Positions 1-13,032 of a DNA stretch of 64,000 nt are shown piece by piece. The position numbers and the translations under genes were made by a program. Position 1 is the stretch's first letter, and the number at the start of each line of letters is the position of its first letter. The notes beneath the pieces are model-generated. The model was not told where the DNA came from. It worked only from the letters and a program-made list of their open reading frames with translations, and made no database searches. Origin of the DNA: Neoechinorhynchus agilis (lineage: Eukaryota; Animalia; Acanthocephala); contig CM121342.1 of NCBI GenBank assembly GCA_051530055.1, positions 12,601,480 through 12,665,479 of the forward strand. The letters run 5' to 3'.

Positions 1-2330
1 GTGTGACAATTTCGAACACAAGTTATGAATCAACCTTTATCGTTTCTGGGCTCTCTCCAGATATTGATGATGCAGATAAGATAGCGTTCGAGGAAAAATT
101 CGGAGTCAAATTGCTCTTTTTCCTGAAGTCATCAAGAACGGGAAAGTTTATTCCCAAAGCTATTGTAAAAGCTGCGGTCGAACGGAGGGACGCACTATGC
201 ACTGAGCGATCCTTCTTCCAATCCATGGAGGTTAAATTTACTTCAAACGAGATTTCGCGTTACGACGACTATTACTTTCCTCGGTGCAGTGGGTGTCAAT
301 GTTGGGGACATTGGGAGCAGAGGTGCCCGTCCAAGGTCACGCGATGCGCTTTTTGTGGCCAAGACCACCACAGTACCAAATGTGACAAAAATAAAAGGCA
401 CTGCTCAAACTGCGATTGAGATCGTCATTGTGCGTTCTCGAAGAATTGTAAAGCATTTAAGGAATATATTGTGTGGGCGAGAATGCTTGGATCCAAGGGA
501 AATAATTCATCCGACACTCGAGTTGCCCAGAATAGTTGGAATACGACAAATTGCATACCCATAAGAGGATCTGCAACAACCAATACAACCATAAAAACAT
601 ACTCAAGGCAACAATTGGGTACATCCAAAGATGTTAATAATCTACGAACGACTTATGATGACACCTCGGAAAAGAAGTTTGCTGATTTCTCCGCTAAAAT
701 CCTCGACATGGTCGATCTACGAATCACCGCGGCCATTCTGGGTCTTGAGAGGAGACTGTCTACCCAGTTAAACGGTCTCATCGAAACTCTCTCGACAAAA
801 TTCAAAGATATTCAGATCGCGACCGGGGTAGCTCCAGCACCCTGCAAACGCAGTCGAGCACTGGTTTCAAGTAGCAACGGTGTAGACGATGTGGATATGT
901 ACGAGGCCGAGGAGTTCGTGAGCAACATCATAAGCGAACAAACCCAGGTATGTGCTGACGGGGTCCAAAATCTCATCAAGGGTAGGTCTCAATGGAATTG
1001 AGAATTGCGCAGTGGAACGCAGGCGGGCTTCTGGGTATTCCTGGCCTTTTGTCTGAAGCACTGAGATGTGATATTACTTTTATCCAAGAAATTAAGTCGC
1101 TGTACTCTCTTAACAACCTCCCGAATAGTTTTAATATTTTATCTAGTGAATATTCTTTATTTTGTACAAAACCCCTTTTAAACTACTCTCAAGGCTTATT
1201 ATCCATTTTTAAAACTTGCCTCCAACCAACCCTAATTTCCGAGTTTACTTCCCCAGATTTGTCTTACGCTTTATTTTCAATACGTTTCTTCGGGAGGAAA
1301 TTGCTCTTAGGTAATTTCTATATTAAACCTAAGAAAATACACCTCACTCATAATAAAGATCTTATAAAAAATGTTTTAGCATCCGGAATTGACTTTTGCT
1401 TTGGAGATTTCAACGACCCTTCTCACAAATGGATAAAGGCCATTTTACGTTCGGATGATACCCATGACCTTATTGTCCCTGCGGATCCCACGTTTACCGA
1501 CGGCAGGTCTCATTCTTTTCTAGATTTGTGTCTTGCTCGAAGTAACTCATTCGTTAAACCCAAACTGGTTTCTCAATCATCAATTTTCCGTATTGCTGGA
1601 CATGATATCTTAGTGTGGGAATTGGGACGGAATATTCTTTTGTGCCGTAGATTTAAATTTAGTACACTTAACATCAACATCTTTAACGCTGCCATAAATT
1701 TTGCTTTCACTTTTGGCGCTTTTGAACGGCTTCGAAAATGCAGAAACCAAAAGTACTCTCTCTCTGTATGGCAGACAACTTTTTATGGCGAAGGCAATCG
1801 ATGATCGGGAGTCGATTAAGTTTTGGTCCTCTTTATACTGGCTCTGTAGAACTCGATTTCAAATAGCTTGCGACAGTAAGCGAATTAGCCATTTTATGCC
1901 TTATTCCTCTCCTTGGTTGCATGTCGTTGCACCAAAAAGATTTTGTCCGTGGAAAAGGGCCGCAGCGAGTTGGATTAAAACCTCGGGGTGGGACAATGTT
2001 ATTAGCGCTCTTTGCATTGAACATTGTAATGGAGCAAGTAATGTCCCGGATTTGCCTTTACCGAATAAATCTTTTATTATAAAAAAGATTTTGATTGTTG
2101 CGACAAGACAAATGCAGATTCCCATCTATTCTGTGAATTAGATGTTGAAAAAGGTGATTGCAACATTGAATAAATCCAAATTACGCACTCTACTCTCCGG
2201 AGCATATGATTGAAGTTCAATAACATGATGGCCGAGGAACTGAATTTTAATACAGTCTTTATATTTATCGTTATACATACTACGACATTAACCAAGTGGC
2301 GCAATTTGAAGAAATGTACTGTAATGACAA
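1..2330 (+). mobile_element. Decayed APE-type non-LTR retrotransposon (LINE A): CCHC zinc-knuckle ORF1 and ORF2 endonuclease; RT not present
   Basis: ORF1 3..1001 is one frame interrupted by TGA at 417-419, with knuckles CSGCQCWGHWEQRC, CAFCGQDHHSTKC and CSNCD*DRHCAFSKNC. ORF2 starts at 992 and overlaps the ORF1 stop; it has APE motifs IAQWNAGG, FIQE, GNFY, GDFN, PTF, SFLDL and GHD. It is frameshifted after ~1700, and no RT motifs were recognised. Confidence 0.85.
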
Positions 2331-2369
2331 GATTACGATTTCAGATCGAATATTTCTAGAAATCGATAC

Positions 2370-3000
2370 ACATTGGGGGCAAGCTCGGAACAGAGCCTCG
2401 TGTGAGGATAATTCATTAATTCGTTCGTCACCGAAAGTTGCGGTTCAATATTGGCAATCTCTGCTTCAACATTAGAACCAAAAATGCAGCTTCCTAGAAG
2501 ACTCAACCGGTATCCCGGGGGGCAGATTCTGAAAATAATTCATGATAATTTGCTTGGACGCCTCATCTTCCATGTTCATCACTAAAATCTCGCCTTTCGC
2601 AGCATTCAATTCGGTGCCAATTTTCGACGTCTTCTTCACGAGTGTCGCCAAATCGCGCAGTACTACGGAGGGGTTACCGCCGAGCGTGGCAACATCCAGG
2701 TACAAACCGTTAAAGTTGGATTGGAGAGATGCGAGTGCGAAGGCTATTAAGCCCAAGGGATCCCCTTGTTGAACTCCTCTTTCTGACCACAAAACGTGAT
2801 TATTGAACAACAAGGGAGTTGATGTCCCATATGCATTAAATAGCGAAATGCTTCTGGTGCGTGATCTCTAACTTCTTCGAGCAAATCTGCTCGGTGAACT
2901 GTGTTGAATGCATTTTTGAAATCACATTTCAAAATCACGCACGGCTTGCCTAGCAAAGCTGCATTCCTACTTTCTCAGCGATATTTTTATATTAATTTGA
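2370..3000 (-). mobile_element. CRE-clade non-LTR retrotransposon RT fragment
   Basis: Frameshifted KPCVILKCDFKNAFNTVHRADLL, then GVQQGDPLG, YLDV(D), LNAAKGE and SSHEALF. The DNA is closely similar to 30320-30545. Confidence 0.85.
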
Positions 3001-4580
3001 TGTAATTCACAATGAAAGTATTAAAATCGACTTCCTTGTAGTGTACGCGTGGAAAAGACACATCATTTCTAATTATTGCCTAAGCAGAAATTACTTAGCA
3101 TTTTCAGAATATCGCACTCTCGCACAACTGCAATGGCAACTCTTCAAAAAATCTATAACTTAAGTGGTGCGGACAGATCGGGTGTTCGACTATCTTCGTT
3201 GCGATCTATCCATTGACCGGGTATTCGGATTAGCAAATAGACATGTTGTTCAAATCCATTAGCCAGTGGTACAGTTTGGAGGCATGGTTGTCTCCATGGC
3301 GAATTGCATTGGTCACGGTCTTCCACCATCGATAAATGGTTTCTATTAATCATGCAAAAACTGACGCTCTTCAATGATTACGTTCCGGCGATAGCGGTGC
3401 TGGTGAACACTTCACCCCTGAGTATTGGATGTAGGTATTCCATTAACGTAATATACTAGTAGAAAGCGGACAAATTTCAGTGTAAGCGGAAATTATGCAG
3501 CTGGATCATTGAAAAGTAGCGGATGCATTCGAGTTCGGTCCCATGGATCCACTTTCATAATGGGTAATTTATCGTATGTTCAACTATCGTTATTGTAACC
3601 GGGCGAGCGATCGGGCTGATCGATGTTAGATTTTCCTGGCACAGGACCAGGTCTTCTTTATGTCTTCGTCGTGCCATTTGAGAGATTGTTTAATACAGTG
3701 TTCGAAATACAAATAACATTATCACAATGGAAACGTTTACCTAAAGAGAAAACTAAAGCAGCGTTCAATCACACTTTTATTGGAATGAAGTGTGTGTTCA
3801 AAGCACAAACATCAGACCGAAGTACTAACTTTAACAACGACACTACAAGATTCGTCTTTATTGTAAAGATGCAACGCTGCTCCCTCTTGAATTACAATTA
3901 AATGGACATCTTCAGGGATGGAGATCTATCACCTCCGCTGTTCATTCGGAACCAATTTTGTTAACGTACATCTCCTTTCCCGGTTTAATGATGTGCAGTG
4001 ACATCTCCCATTATCCAGTACCATCCTTTTGATGTACGGAGTATGTTCTTTAATTAGTGATAAATCACCGACAATATCACCATCGTTTGTAACATAGAGA
4101 GATCCACATCACTTGTAAATGTCGTCCATATCCTTGTTTTCACCAGGCTCATTAGACTTTGAAATCAGAGTTAAAAGAGGCAACAAACTGTTTAATGATT
4201 GGTTTTTGAAACTTGCGGACCCCACTGAACTTTGGAGATATTTAAGGTGATTGGTTTTCTTCTCATCAAAAGCATTAGTCGAGACTGCTATGGGTACATT
4301 TTGCTTCAACAAAATAGTCGATTGACGGAAATGCGAAATATTGGAATGACAGGAATACCGAATTGTTCTGAATTGATCATGATCTACGGTCGGCCTTCTT
4401 GTCCTCCGAAATAATGACTCCTTTCTTAATGTCGATTTTAATGCCAACGCTCCTTTCTCTTCGGACTCAGCTAAATGAGAGGGACAGCGATTCTCCGACT
4501 CACTGGATGCACGAAATTGCTTATTTAAGGGGAGACGGCCGTGTCAACTTTGATTTATAGAATTTAGGACGTACTGAATG

Positions 4581-7230
4581 GTTTTTTTAATGATTTAGAT
4601 TTTTCTGGCCTTCACGAGTTTTCTCTCGTAGATTCAATATTTGTCGAGAGGTCCTCGGAATCCGAGGATATGATCACAGGTCTGCGTTTGGTCAACAATG
4701 GGCTTCTACGATTTCTTAACCTTCCCGTTTGCTCTGCGGTCTTTATGCAATCGTGGTCCCGGTTGTTCAAATTTTGGGCGCGGTTTTCGATCTTCCAATC
4801 ATCCAGTTGTTGATATTTCATCGCCGATAATTTATTCTTGTCTGCTGTACTTTTTAATGACTTAGATTTTACTGGCCTGCACGACTTTTTCCTCGTAGAT
4901 TCAATGTTTGTCGAGAGGTCCTCGGAATCCGAGGATATGATCGCAGGTCTGCTTTTGGCCAACGATGTACTTCCACGACTTGGTGATTTTCTAGTTTGCT
5001 CTTCGGTCTTCATGCAATTCCTGTCGGAGTTTTTCAAATCTTGGGCGCGGTTTTCGATTTCCCAATCATCCCATTGTTGATATTTCATCGCCGACAATTT
5101 ATTCTTGTCTGCTGTACTTTTTAATGACTTAGATTTTTCTGGCCTGCACGACTTTTTCCTCGTAGATTCAATGTTTGTCGAGAGGTCCCCGGAATCCGAG
5201 GATATGATCGCAGGTCTGCTTTTGGCCAACGATGTACTTCCACGACTTGGTGATTTTCTAGTTTGCTCTTCGGTCTTCATGCAATTCCTGTCGGAGTTTT
5301 TCAAATCTTGGGCGCGGTTTTCGATTTCCCAATCATCCCATTGTTGATATTTCATCGCCGACAATTTATTCTTGTCTGCTGTACTTTTTAATGACTTAGA
5401 TTTTTCTGGCCTGCACGACTTTTTCCTCGTAGATTCAATGTTTGTCGAGAGGTCCCCGGAATCCGAGGATATGATCGCAGGTCTGCTTTTGGCCAACGAT
5501 GTACTTCCACGACTTGGTGATTTTCTAGTTTGCTCTTCGGTCTTCATGCAATTCCTGTCGGAGTTTTTCAAATTTTGGGCGCGATTTTCGATTTCCCAAT
5601 CATCCCGTTGTTGATTTTTCATCGCCGATAATTTATTCTTGTATCCTGTACTTTTTAATGACTTACATTTTTCTGGCCTGTACGACTTTTTCCTCGTAGA
5701 TTCAATGTTTGTCGAGAGGTCCCCGGAATCCGAGGATATGATCACAGTTCTTCGCATGGCTAACGATGTACTTCCACGGCTTAGTGATTTTCTAGTTTGT
5801 TCAGCGGTCTTCATGCGATTCCTGTCGGAGTTTTTCAAATCTTGGGGGCGATTTTCGATTTCCCAATCATCCCGTTGTTGATTTTTCATCGCCGATAATT
5901 TATTCTTGTCTCCTGTACTTTTTAATGACTTGCATTTTTCTGGCCTGCACGACTTTTTCCTCGTAGATTCAATGTTTGTCGAGAGGTCTTCGGAATCCGA
6001 GGATATGATCACAGGTCTGCTCCTGGCCAACGATTTACTTTTACGACTTGGTGATTTTCTAGTTTGTTCAGCGGTCTTTATGCAACTCCTGTCGGAGTTT
6101 TTCAAATTTTGGGCGCGATTTTCGATTTCCCAATCATCCCGTTGTTGATTTTTCATCGCCGATAATTTATTCTTGTCTCCTGTACTTTTTAATGACTTAG
6201 ATTTTTCTGGCCTGCACGACTTTTTCCTCGTAGATTCAATGTTTGTCGAGAGGTCCCCGGAATCCGAGGATATGATCACAGGTCTGCTCCTGGCCAACGA
6301 TTTACTTTTACGACTTGGTGATTTTCTAGTTCGCTCTGCGGTCTTTATGTAATCGTGGTCCGATTTGTTCAAATCTTGAGCGCGATTTTCGATTTTCCAA
6401 TCATCCCGTTGTTGATTTTTCATCGCCGATAATTTATTTTTGTCTGCTGTACTTTTTAATGACTTGTATTTTTCTGGCCTGCACGACTTTTTCCTCGTAG
6501 ATTCAATGTTTGTCGAGAGGTCCCCGGAATCCGAGGATATGATCGCAGGTCTGCTCCTGGCTAACGATGTACTTCCACGACTTGGTGATTTTCTAGTTTG
6601 TTCAGCGGTCTTTATGCATCTCCTGTCGGAGTTTTTCAAATTTTGGGCGCGATTTTCGATTTCCCAATCATCCCGTTGTTGATTTTTCATCGCCGATAAT
6701 TTATTCTTGTATCCTGTACTTTTTAATGACTTACATTTTTCTGGCCTGTACGACTTTTTCCTCGTAGATTCAATGTTTGTCGAGAGGTCTTCGGAATCCG
6801 AGGATATGATCACAGGTCTGCTCCTGGCCAACGATTTACTTTTACGACTTGGTGATTTTCTAGTTCGCTCTGCGGTCTTTATGTAATCGTGGTCCGATTT
6901 GTTCAAATCTTGAGCGCGATTTTCGATTTTCCAATCATCCCGTTGTTGATTTTTCATCGCCGATAATTTACTCTTGTCTGCTGTACTTTTTGATGACTTG
7001 TATTTTTCTGGCCTGCACGACTTTTTCCTCGTAGATTCAATGTTTGTGGAGAGGTCCCAGGAATCCGAGGATATGATCACAGTTCTTCGCATGGCTAACG
7101 ATGTACTTCCACGGCTTGGTGATTTTCTAGTTTGCTCTGCGGTCTTCATGCAATTCCTGTCGGAGTTTTTCAAATCTTGGGCGCAGTTTTCGATTTCCCA
7201 ATCATCCCATTGTTGATATTTCATCGCCGA
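4581..7230. repeat. 267-bp coding tandem repeat, 9 full units plus 1 partial
   Basis: The antisense shadow ORFs recur at 4838, 5105, 5372, 5639, 5906, 6440 and 6974, all multiples of 267 apart. The protein units SAMK...KNKL are 89 aa each. Confidence 0.97.
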
Positions 7231-7686
7231 GGGGTCATTGTTGTCTTGTGTAATATCGATGGACTTGCTCACTTTGTTATTCTGCTTTTGTTTCTGTGAT
7301 TTTGGCACGGGAACGAATTCAGTGGAACTGCTTAAGGACGAACTGTCTGTACAGGCCAAATATTTTGCATAAGAACTACACTTTTTTAACGCAGGATACA
7401 AATCGTACATTACATCCGTAACCTCAATATCCGAATCTTCTAAAAGATAATGAGTACTTTTATGGTATGATTAAATACACTTACCAGTCTTAATGCGAGC
7501 ACCAGCGCTTCTCGTTTTTGGTAACGTGGAATCATCCACCACTGATGATTCGACGCTCTCATCTGATAATGCTTTGGAGTCTTCAGTCGATTGTTCAACA
7601 AAAACTGGTAAATCGGTTGCATCCTGACTTTCCTCGTCCTCAATATAGCAGTTTATAAAAAAATTTTTGCTGTTTTTATGGTTCAT
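4612..7686 (-). CDS. Lys/Ser-rich protein with ten 89-aa tandem repeats; at least 2 exons
   Basis: Exon 7686..~7485 (MNHKN...RIKT) splices through a phase-1 gtaagt...ttttag intron into EDSDIEVTDV and then in frame into the 932-aa ORF 7410..4612. The ORF stays open across all repeat units despite many substitutions. Confidence 0.7.
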
Positions 7687-8269
7687 CTGAAATGGAATTC
7701 GATAGAAGAATTTCGCGCTTTTATATTCTGTTTCATGTTCAAGAGCTGTATATCACATGAATATTCCGCTAAATTAGGCTATCGAATTTCTACTAAAAAC
7801 CAGTAAGAAAACTGCATTCCTGCCTTAGGGTGCCGTTGAAGCTCATTAGGGAAAAACGTCGGGTACATTCAGCTACTATTGAACCTTTCCATTGGACCGT
7901 CATATCTCGTGTCTTCAGGACACAAACTTTCACTTAAATCAGAGTTACACTTAGCGCACTCATTGCGATGAACTTTTATACTACTGAAATCAAATAATTC
8001 AAGAAAAACTCGGTAAATTCGGAAATACAAACAAAATTATCGCTGTATAACATTCCTTCAGTACTCACAACTAGAAGACCGAAGTCTAATCCGTGATAGC
8101 CTATGAAACGATATCGATAGATAGTCAAAAAATAATGACGCCATTTCCTTTGAATATATTTAAAGCACGTGACCACGTGGTCACTGTCGTGACTTAAGAC
8201 CTGGATGGCCATTTCCTTTGTTTCGAATTTAAAACGTCCATCCAATAAACTGGTAACAAAATCTACTTA

Positions 8270-8520
8270 TGATGATGATCAACAAAAATTAAATGTCGAC
8301 GAAGAGGGTTTATTTTTCTCTATTCGGCTCATAAATTGTCGAAAAGCGTCTTTATTTGCACAGAGCAATGGAACGATCGGGAAATATTGTTATTTCAGTC
8401 AAAAGAAGTTCAATGCGGGCTAAATTTACACTCGTGGACAACTTCAAAAAATCCGTTCCTGATAATCAAGAAACCGATATGCTTAAAGTATCTTTGAGAC
8501 GGTAAAAAAATCTTTATCCT
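8270..8520 (+). mobile_element. pogo/Tigger-like DDE transposase relic
   Basis: LNVDEEGLFF resembles the FNADETGLFW motif; followed by SNGTIGK...FNAG and, after a frameshift, PFLIIKKPICLK (cf. PLVIGKSKKPRCFK). The remnant is short and degraded. Confidence 0.4.
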
Positions 8521-9529
8521 CCTTTACTAACTTGAAGACCTTAGTGATTTATTCTATGAGGCTAAAGTTAAAGTATCGATGAAGACCGTCTCACTTTGCT
8601 GACGTCACCTCTGAGCCACTGTTTCGAATTCGAAGCTCTTCGGAAAAAGGATTTGAGGTTATTTAAGAGCACATTTCGCCAAGTCCTCGCTTGACGTCAT
8701 CGCTCTCGTCTTACAAAAAAAACCGGCGCTCGTTATCGTAAATGGAAAAATGGTCGCTAATTTTCAAAGTTAGCACTTTTTGATGATGATGTAATGTTTA
8801 CATTTAAAAACGGATTAAAAAATTATAAAAAATCAAACGTTTCGAATTCTCCGAAAACTTTTATTTTAAATTAATCATAACGATAGAGCAAGCGATTAGG
8901 AAGTTTACAAGAATGACACAAAAAAAGATTACTTCCAAAAAATTTATTTCTATAAGATTAACACGCAGCGATTACTCGTTCCCGTTTTCTCAAAAGTAGT
9001 TTATAAAAGGCGTTGATTGATTAAGAACGATTTTTAAGGGCTTTTTAGAAGAGTATTTTTTCATTCGCACGAGCAACATTTTAAAAACCAATCAGCATGC
9101 AAGGAATAGCAAAACGCGATCAGTAAAAGCTAAGAGCAATTACGCAAGCAATAGATTAAAGAATGCCTACGCGAAGGCCGAAAATTATCAAATAAATAAA
9201 TTATTATGATTCGCTATAAAAAAGTAAATGATGAAAATCTTTACAATTATGCATAAATGCAAGTCGAAATGTGTTCAAAAAATTTACTTTTACATCCTTT
9301 CTTACCCCCAGCGCTATTTAGAGTTCCGCTTTTTTCCATTACGTCACGTCTGATAATCGTGGACATAAAATCAATTATATTTGCCACTTTTAAATCAATT
9401 GAATATTAGTAATCATTTAATCCTTTGCCCACGTCTTAAAATCATACAACTAAACGCTTGTTGTTGGGTGCAAACTTCGCTTTATATGCATCTTACGAGC
9501 AACTTTTTATCAAATGACACTTTCCGCGC

Positions 9530-9667
9530 GTCTCTCTCTCGTCGTCGTCGACCATCATCCTCCGGATCCGTCATCCACCCCGGATCCGTCATCAACTCTG
9601 AAGTGATCACGAGGACCCAGAGTTACATGGGTCCTCTTCTTAAACAAAATAAATAAAACGTGTTGTT
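9530..9667 (+). repeat. Dispersed repeat copy (short-VNTR version) with conserved 3' tail
   Basis: tcgtcgtcgaccatcatcc, two ccggatccgtcatc units, then catgggtcctcttcttaaacaaaataaataaaacgtgttgtt. This matches the reverse complement of 28962-29060. Confidence 0.85.
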
Positions 9668-10299
9668 GAAATCCTCTTTATTTTTTAGTTAACATTATTA
9701 AGAATTCTATCTCGCGGATTGGCTAAAATACTATAATTAATTTTTAAACCAAGGAACCCTTTTGTTCTCGTTAAAAGCACGCTTAAATGGTTTTTGAAAT
9801 GTCGAATGGACTAAGAATGTCGCTGTGAAGATTATCAGCAAGCATGATTGGACCACAATTAAAAATTCAACAAAGAAAACTCATTTTCAATTTGGTGCTC
9901 AGTGTGGACATTAATTTTATTCAGCTGATTATTGCTTTAGTTTAGCAAAATAGTTTGATTAAAACGAGTCAAATTAGAGACTTTCTTAACATATGGTATC
10001 GTTTCATGAAGAATATTCTGTCCATAATTTAGATGGTACTTTATTAAGTACAGAATTTATATTAAACATCACTGCTCTGGGATGAATCTTTGTGTAGTCT
10101 TGTAAATCGCGCTCATTTATTAAATGCAAAAGTCATAGAAAGATGCTTTAAAGCACACCTTCTATCAATTTTCAATCGAAAAATTTCATCCATTTAATTC
10201 AGTTTCCGGCCTGTTTTTTCGTGTACGGATGTCCTTCTTTGCATCTACAATTCTTTTCTTTGTAATCTCGACGCACACCTTTATTTATCTCTCGACTCA

Positions 10300-11170
10300 T
10301 CCAAATAGATATTCATACTCAGCTGTCGGACGAGATCTGGTGTCAAGCGTCTTTGCCTGTGTCGTCCGGCGGTTGGGCTCATATGGGACAGTATGAAGCA
10401 ACTCGCAAAATAGTTCAGTGTTTTCTTGGCGAGGATTACAGGTTGGATGGAGATTTCGTGGATGCTCTTAATCTTTGGCTTAGAGATTCAGGCAGCGAGC
10501 AGGTCCCCGTCAATGGTTGCAAACAATCAATTTGCAACTCGTCACTGGTAGTTAGAATTCATAGCTCTTTAAATTCAGATTCTCGTGACTTGGTGAATTG
10601 AACTCGGTTGGCGGCAGCCTCTACAAGAGAATCGGGTGCTTGGCTCAGTGCTCCTTCTCTCCGACGAGACAGTAAGGATCGCAGTGTGCACATCCCATCG
10701 CTGCCGTTGCGGAGCGACCGAGGAACCATCTGGACGCGGTGGTCTCGTCTGCTGGCAATCAGGAGGTCCTGAATATTGGTGAATGAGTCCAACCTTTTAG
10801 AGCCGAGCAAACTTTGCCGACTCGATGACCGTAGACCGGACGGTGTCACAGTATTCCCGTGGTGAGAAGATGCCATTCGAAGCCCGCAACATAAAATTTA
10901 CCGCTGTTAAACCGTTGGGGAGGAGCATCCGCCGCAGAAGATCGCAAAAAGACCAAATGCAGAGACCTTATTCGAAGTCATTATTTCGTTCCCTTTGCTG
11001 TCGACACTCGGATCGTTTTGGTACCGCAGTGCAGGACTGACGATCCGAGGGCAGGAACATTCCTTCTGCAAAACTTAAGTCTGACTGTGCAACGTGGGAA
11101 CGCTGCATCTGTCCATTCGACCTTTACACCAGGAAAGCAGCTGAGTGATACAGAGCGGTGGGCAATTAAA
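10300..11170 (+). mobile_element. CRE-clade retrotransposon 3' fragment (post-RT and REL region), internally deleted
   Basis: TQLSDEIWCQASLPVSSGG; DNA similar to 30580-31310; ends with the conserved C-terminal FLLQNLSLTVQRGNAASV. Confidence 0.85.
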
Positions 11171-12044
11171 TATCCTCATCAGAAATACCCTAAATGACTT
11201 ATCAGGTCTTACCAGTTTAATTGCCTTTTTGATTAAATTTGCAAACTTTATATAGAGAAATAACTTTATTTGCAATGAATTTTTAGTACAATTCAGCGGC
11301 AAATAATCTGATAAAGCGCAACTTACGATTGATGACTTTACTGAGTTCTGTGATCATCCGCTAATAGCGCAAACTATATTTTTGTTTATAGATAATTTTG
11401 TTCACTGAACAGTGACTTTGAATATCGGCTTTGAATAAATGACTAACGACAATGTTAATACATAAAACTTGATTAGTGGCGTTAAATTAACCAATTTCGA
11501 TATCATTTTTCCGCATACCGGTAAACCAAATTATTGCTATAATTGGGTTATTATAAATAGCACTTTATTAAAAAATGATTCCTTTTCAAAGTGACCAAAA
11601 TGTTTAATGGGCTTTTACCAATGTGCATAAAAACCGAACAAATCTCATTTGCAAAAAAGAGAGTTATTTAGACATAAGATTTTATGTGAAGAAAAATGGT
11701 TTTCATTGACATTGAATACAAAAGCGAAATCTTCACAATAGGTTCGAAAATTGCATACTGAAAAAAGTGGTATAATTTTTATTATTAAATTTACCAGTGC
11801 TGTTGCTGAGAATATTAACATTTTTAATCTCATCTACCAATCATACCCACAAGCAAATAGCCGTTTTCGTTTAGTAAACTCAAGAAACGTTAATTTGATT
11901 CGCAAAACGCAAACTCACGAGACACCGGCGAAGGCTTTAAAACGTGACCGAGGCACGTGGGATTTACCAGCTTCGCATTTGAAAACTCGACTCAATAGCA
12001 CGTTCATGGTCTTATTTAAGTTAACATCAGCAGAAGGTTGAACA

Positions 12045-13032
12045 ATGATGACTTCTTTATTTCTTTTATGGACTATACTTTCATGTGCTTGTCCAGCATT
12101 ATCCATATCGATAGGTATATTGTTATACCATTCTTTACATCTTTACAATCCATATAGTAAGGAATTCAAAACAAATCGAGGAAACGAAAACATTAAGTCC
12201 TGAACAGGATGGGCCGAGCGGAAAGCCTAAATACTTCTTTTATCAGAATCAATTTAATCCTTCTCCGGAATACGACTACGCGTCATATTATGGACAATCG
12301 TTTCAAAATCCATTCAATCTACTTATGACTCCATCCAATTATAATCCCCAATCGACAAATGCAGAATATTATAATTCCTTATACCAATCGTTAGCAGCCT
12401 TCTATCCTTATGTAGTTCCGCAAAATACCATCGTTAATTCGGAGTTAGGATTAAGTGGGTCATTCGAAGATCCAACGATGAGCACTTTGCCTCTCTACGA
12501 TTTCCTTGCAGCAACAAGCTCGTCATATGAAGATTTGCTAAAATTATTATCCTGGTATAAAGATCGTTCAACTGGCGTTTTGAATCGAGATCAGCCACGA
12601 CGAATTGTACTTATATTGCCGGTATTTATGCCAATCAAAGACATTTCTGATGAAAATGCTACAACAGATTTACCCATTGCGTCACCTGCGCCCCCTTCAG
12701 CAACTTCAAGTGCCGGCTCCACGCTTTCTACAATCCAGGAGCATGCGACTACAACCTTAGCCCCAACACAAACCTCATCATCTTCGATTCCCCCAACTGA
12801 AGCTCAAACACCGGCGGTACAAACAACTCTGCAGCCATCATCTCCAACAGTTTTAAGTGCCGGCTCCACACTTTCTACAACCCAGCAGCCTGCGACTACA
12901 ATTTTAGCCACAGCACAAACCTCATCATCTTCGATTCCACCGACTGAAGCTCAAACACCGGCGGCACAAACAACCCTGCAGCCATCATCTTCAACCATTT
13001 CGTGTGCTGAAGAGGAGAACCAGACAGCCTAG
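12045..13032 (+). CDS. Secreted Tyr/Asn-rich, Ser/Thr/Pro-rich mucin-like protein, 2 exons
   Basis: Exon 1 (12045..12114) encodes a signal-peptide-like MMTSLFLLWTILSCACPALSISI. A gtatat...catatag intron follows, and exon 2 from 12158 is in frame with ORF 12325..13032. Two 147-bp (49-aa) Thr/Ser repeats start at 12709 and 12856. Confidence 0.7.

Noticed and set aside
3100-4100. Possible DNA-transposase remnant (RRPGPVPGK-like and Cys/His-containing fragments on the minus strand)
   Set aside because: Stops occur in all frames and no diagnostic DDE or zinc-finger motif could be fixed.
4525-4550. TTAA-GGGGAGACGGCCGTGTC, resembling a Kolobok-type transposon terminus
   Set aside because: No matching inverted end was found in the window; only a 9-bp partial match near 28947.
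4838-7216. Seven near-identical 80-aa plus-strand ORFs
   Set aside because: Antisense shadows of the 267-bp coding repeat; they are broken in two units, while the minus frame is continuous and spliced.
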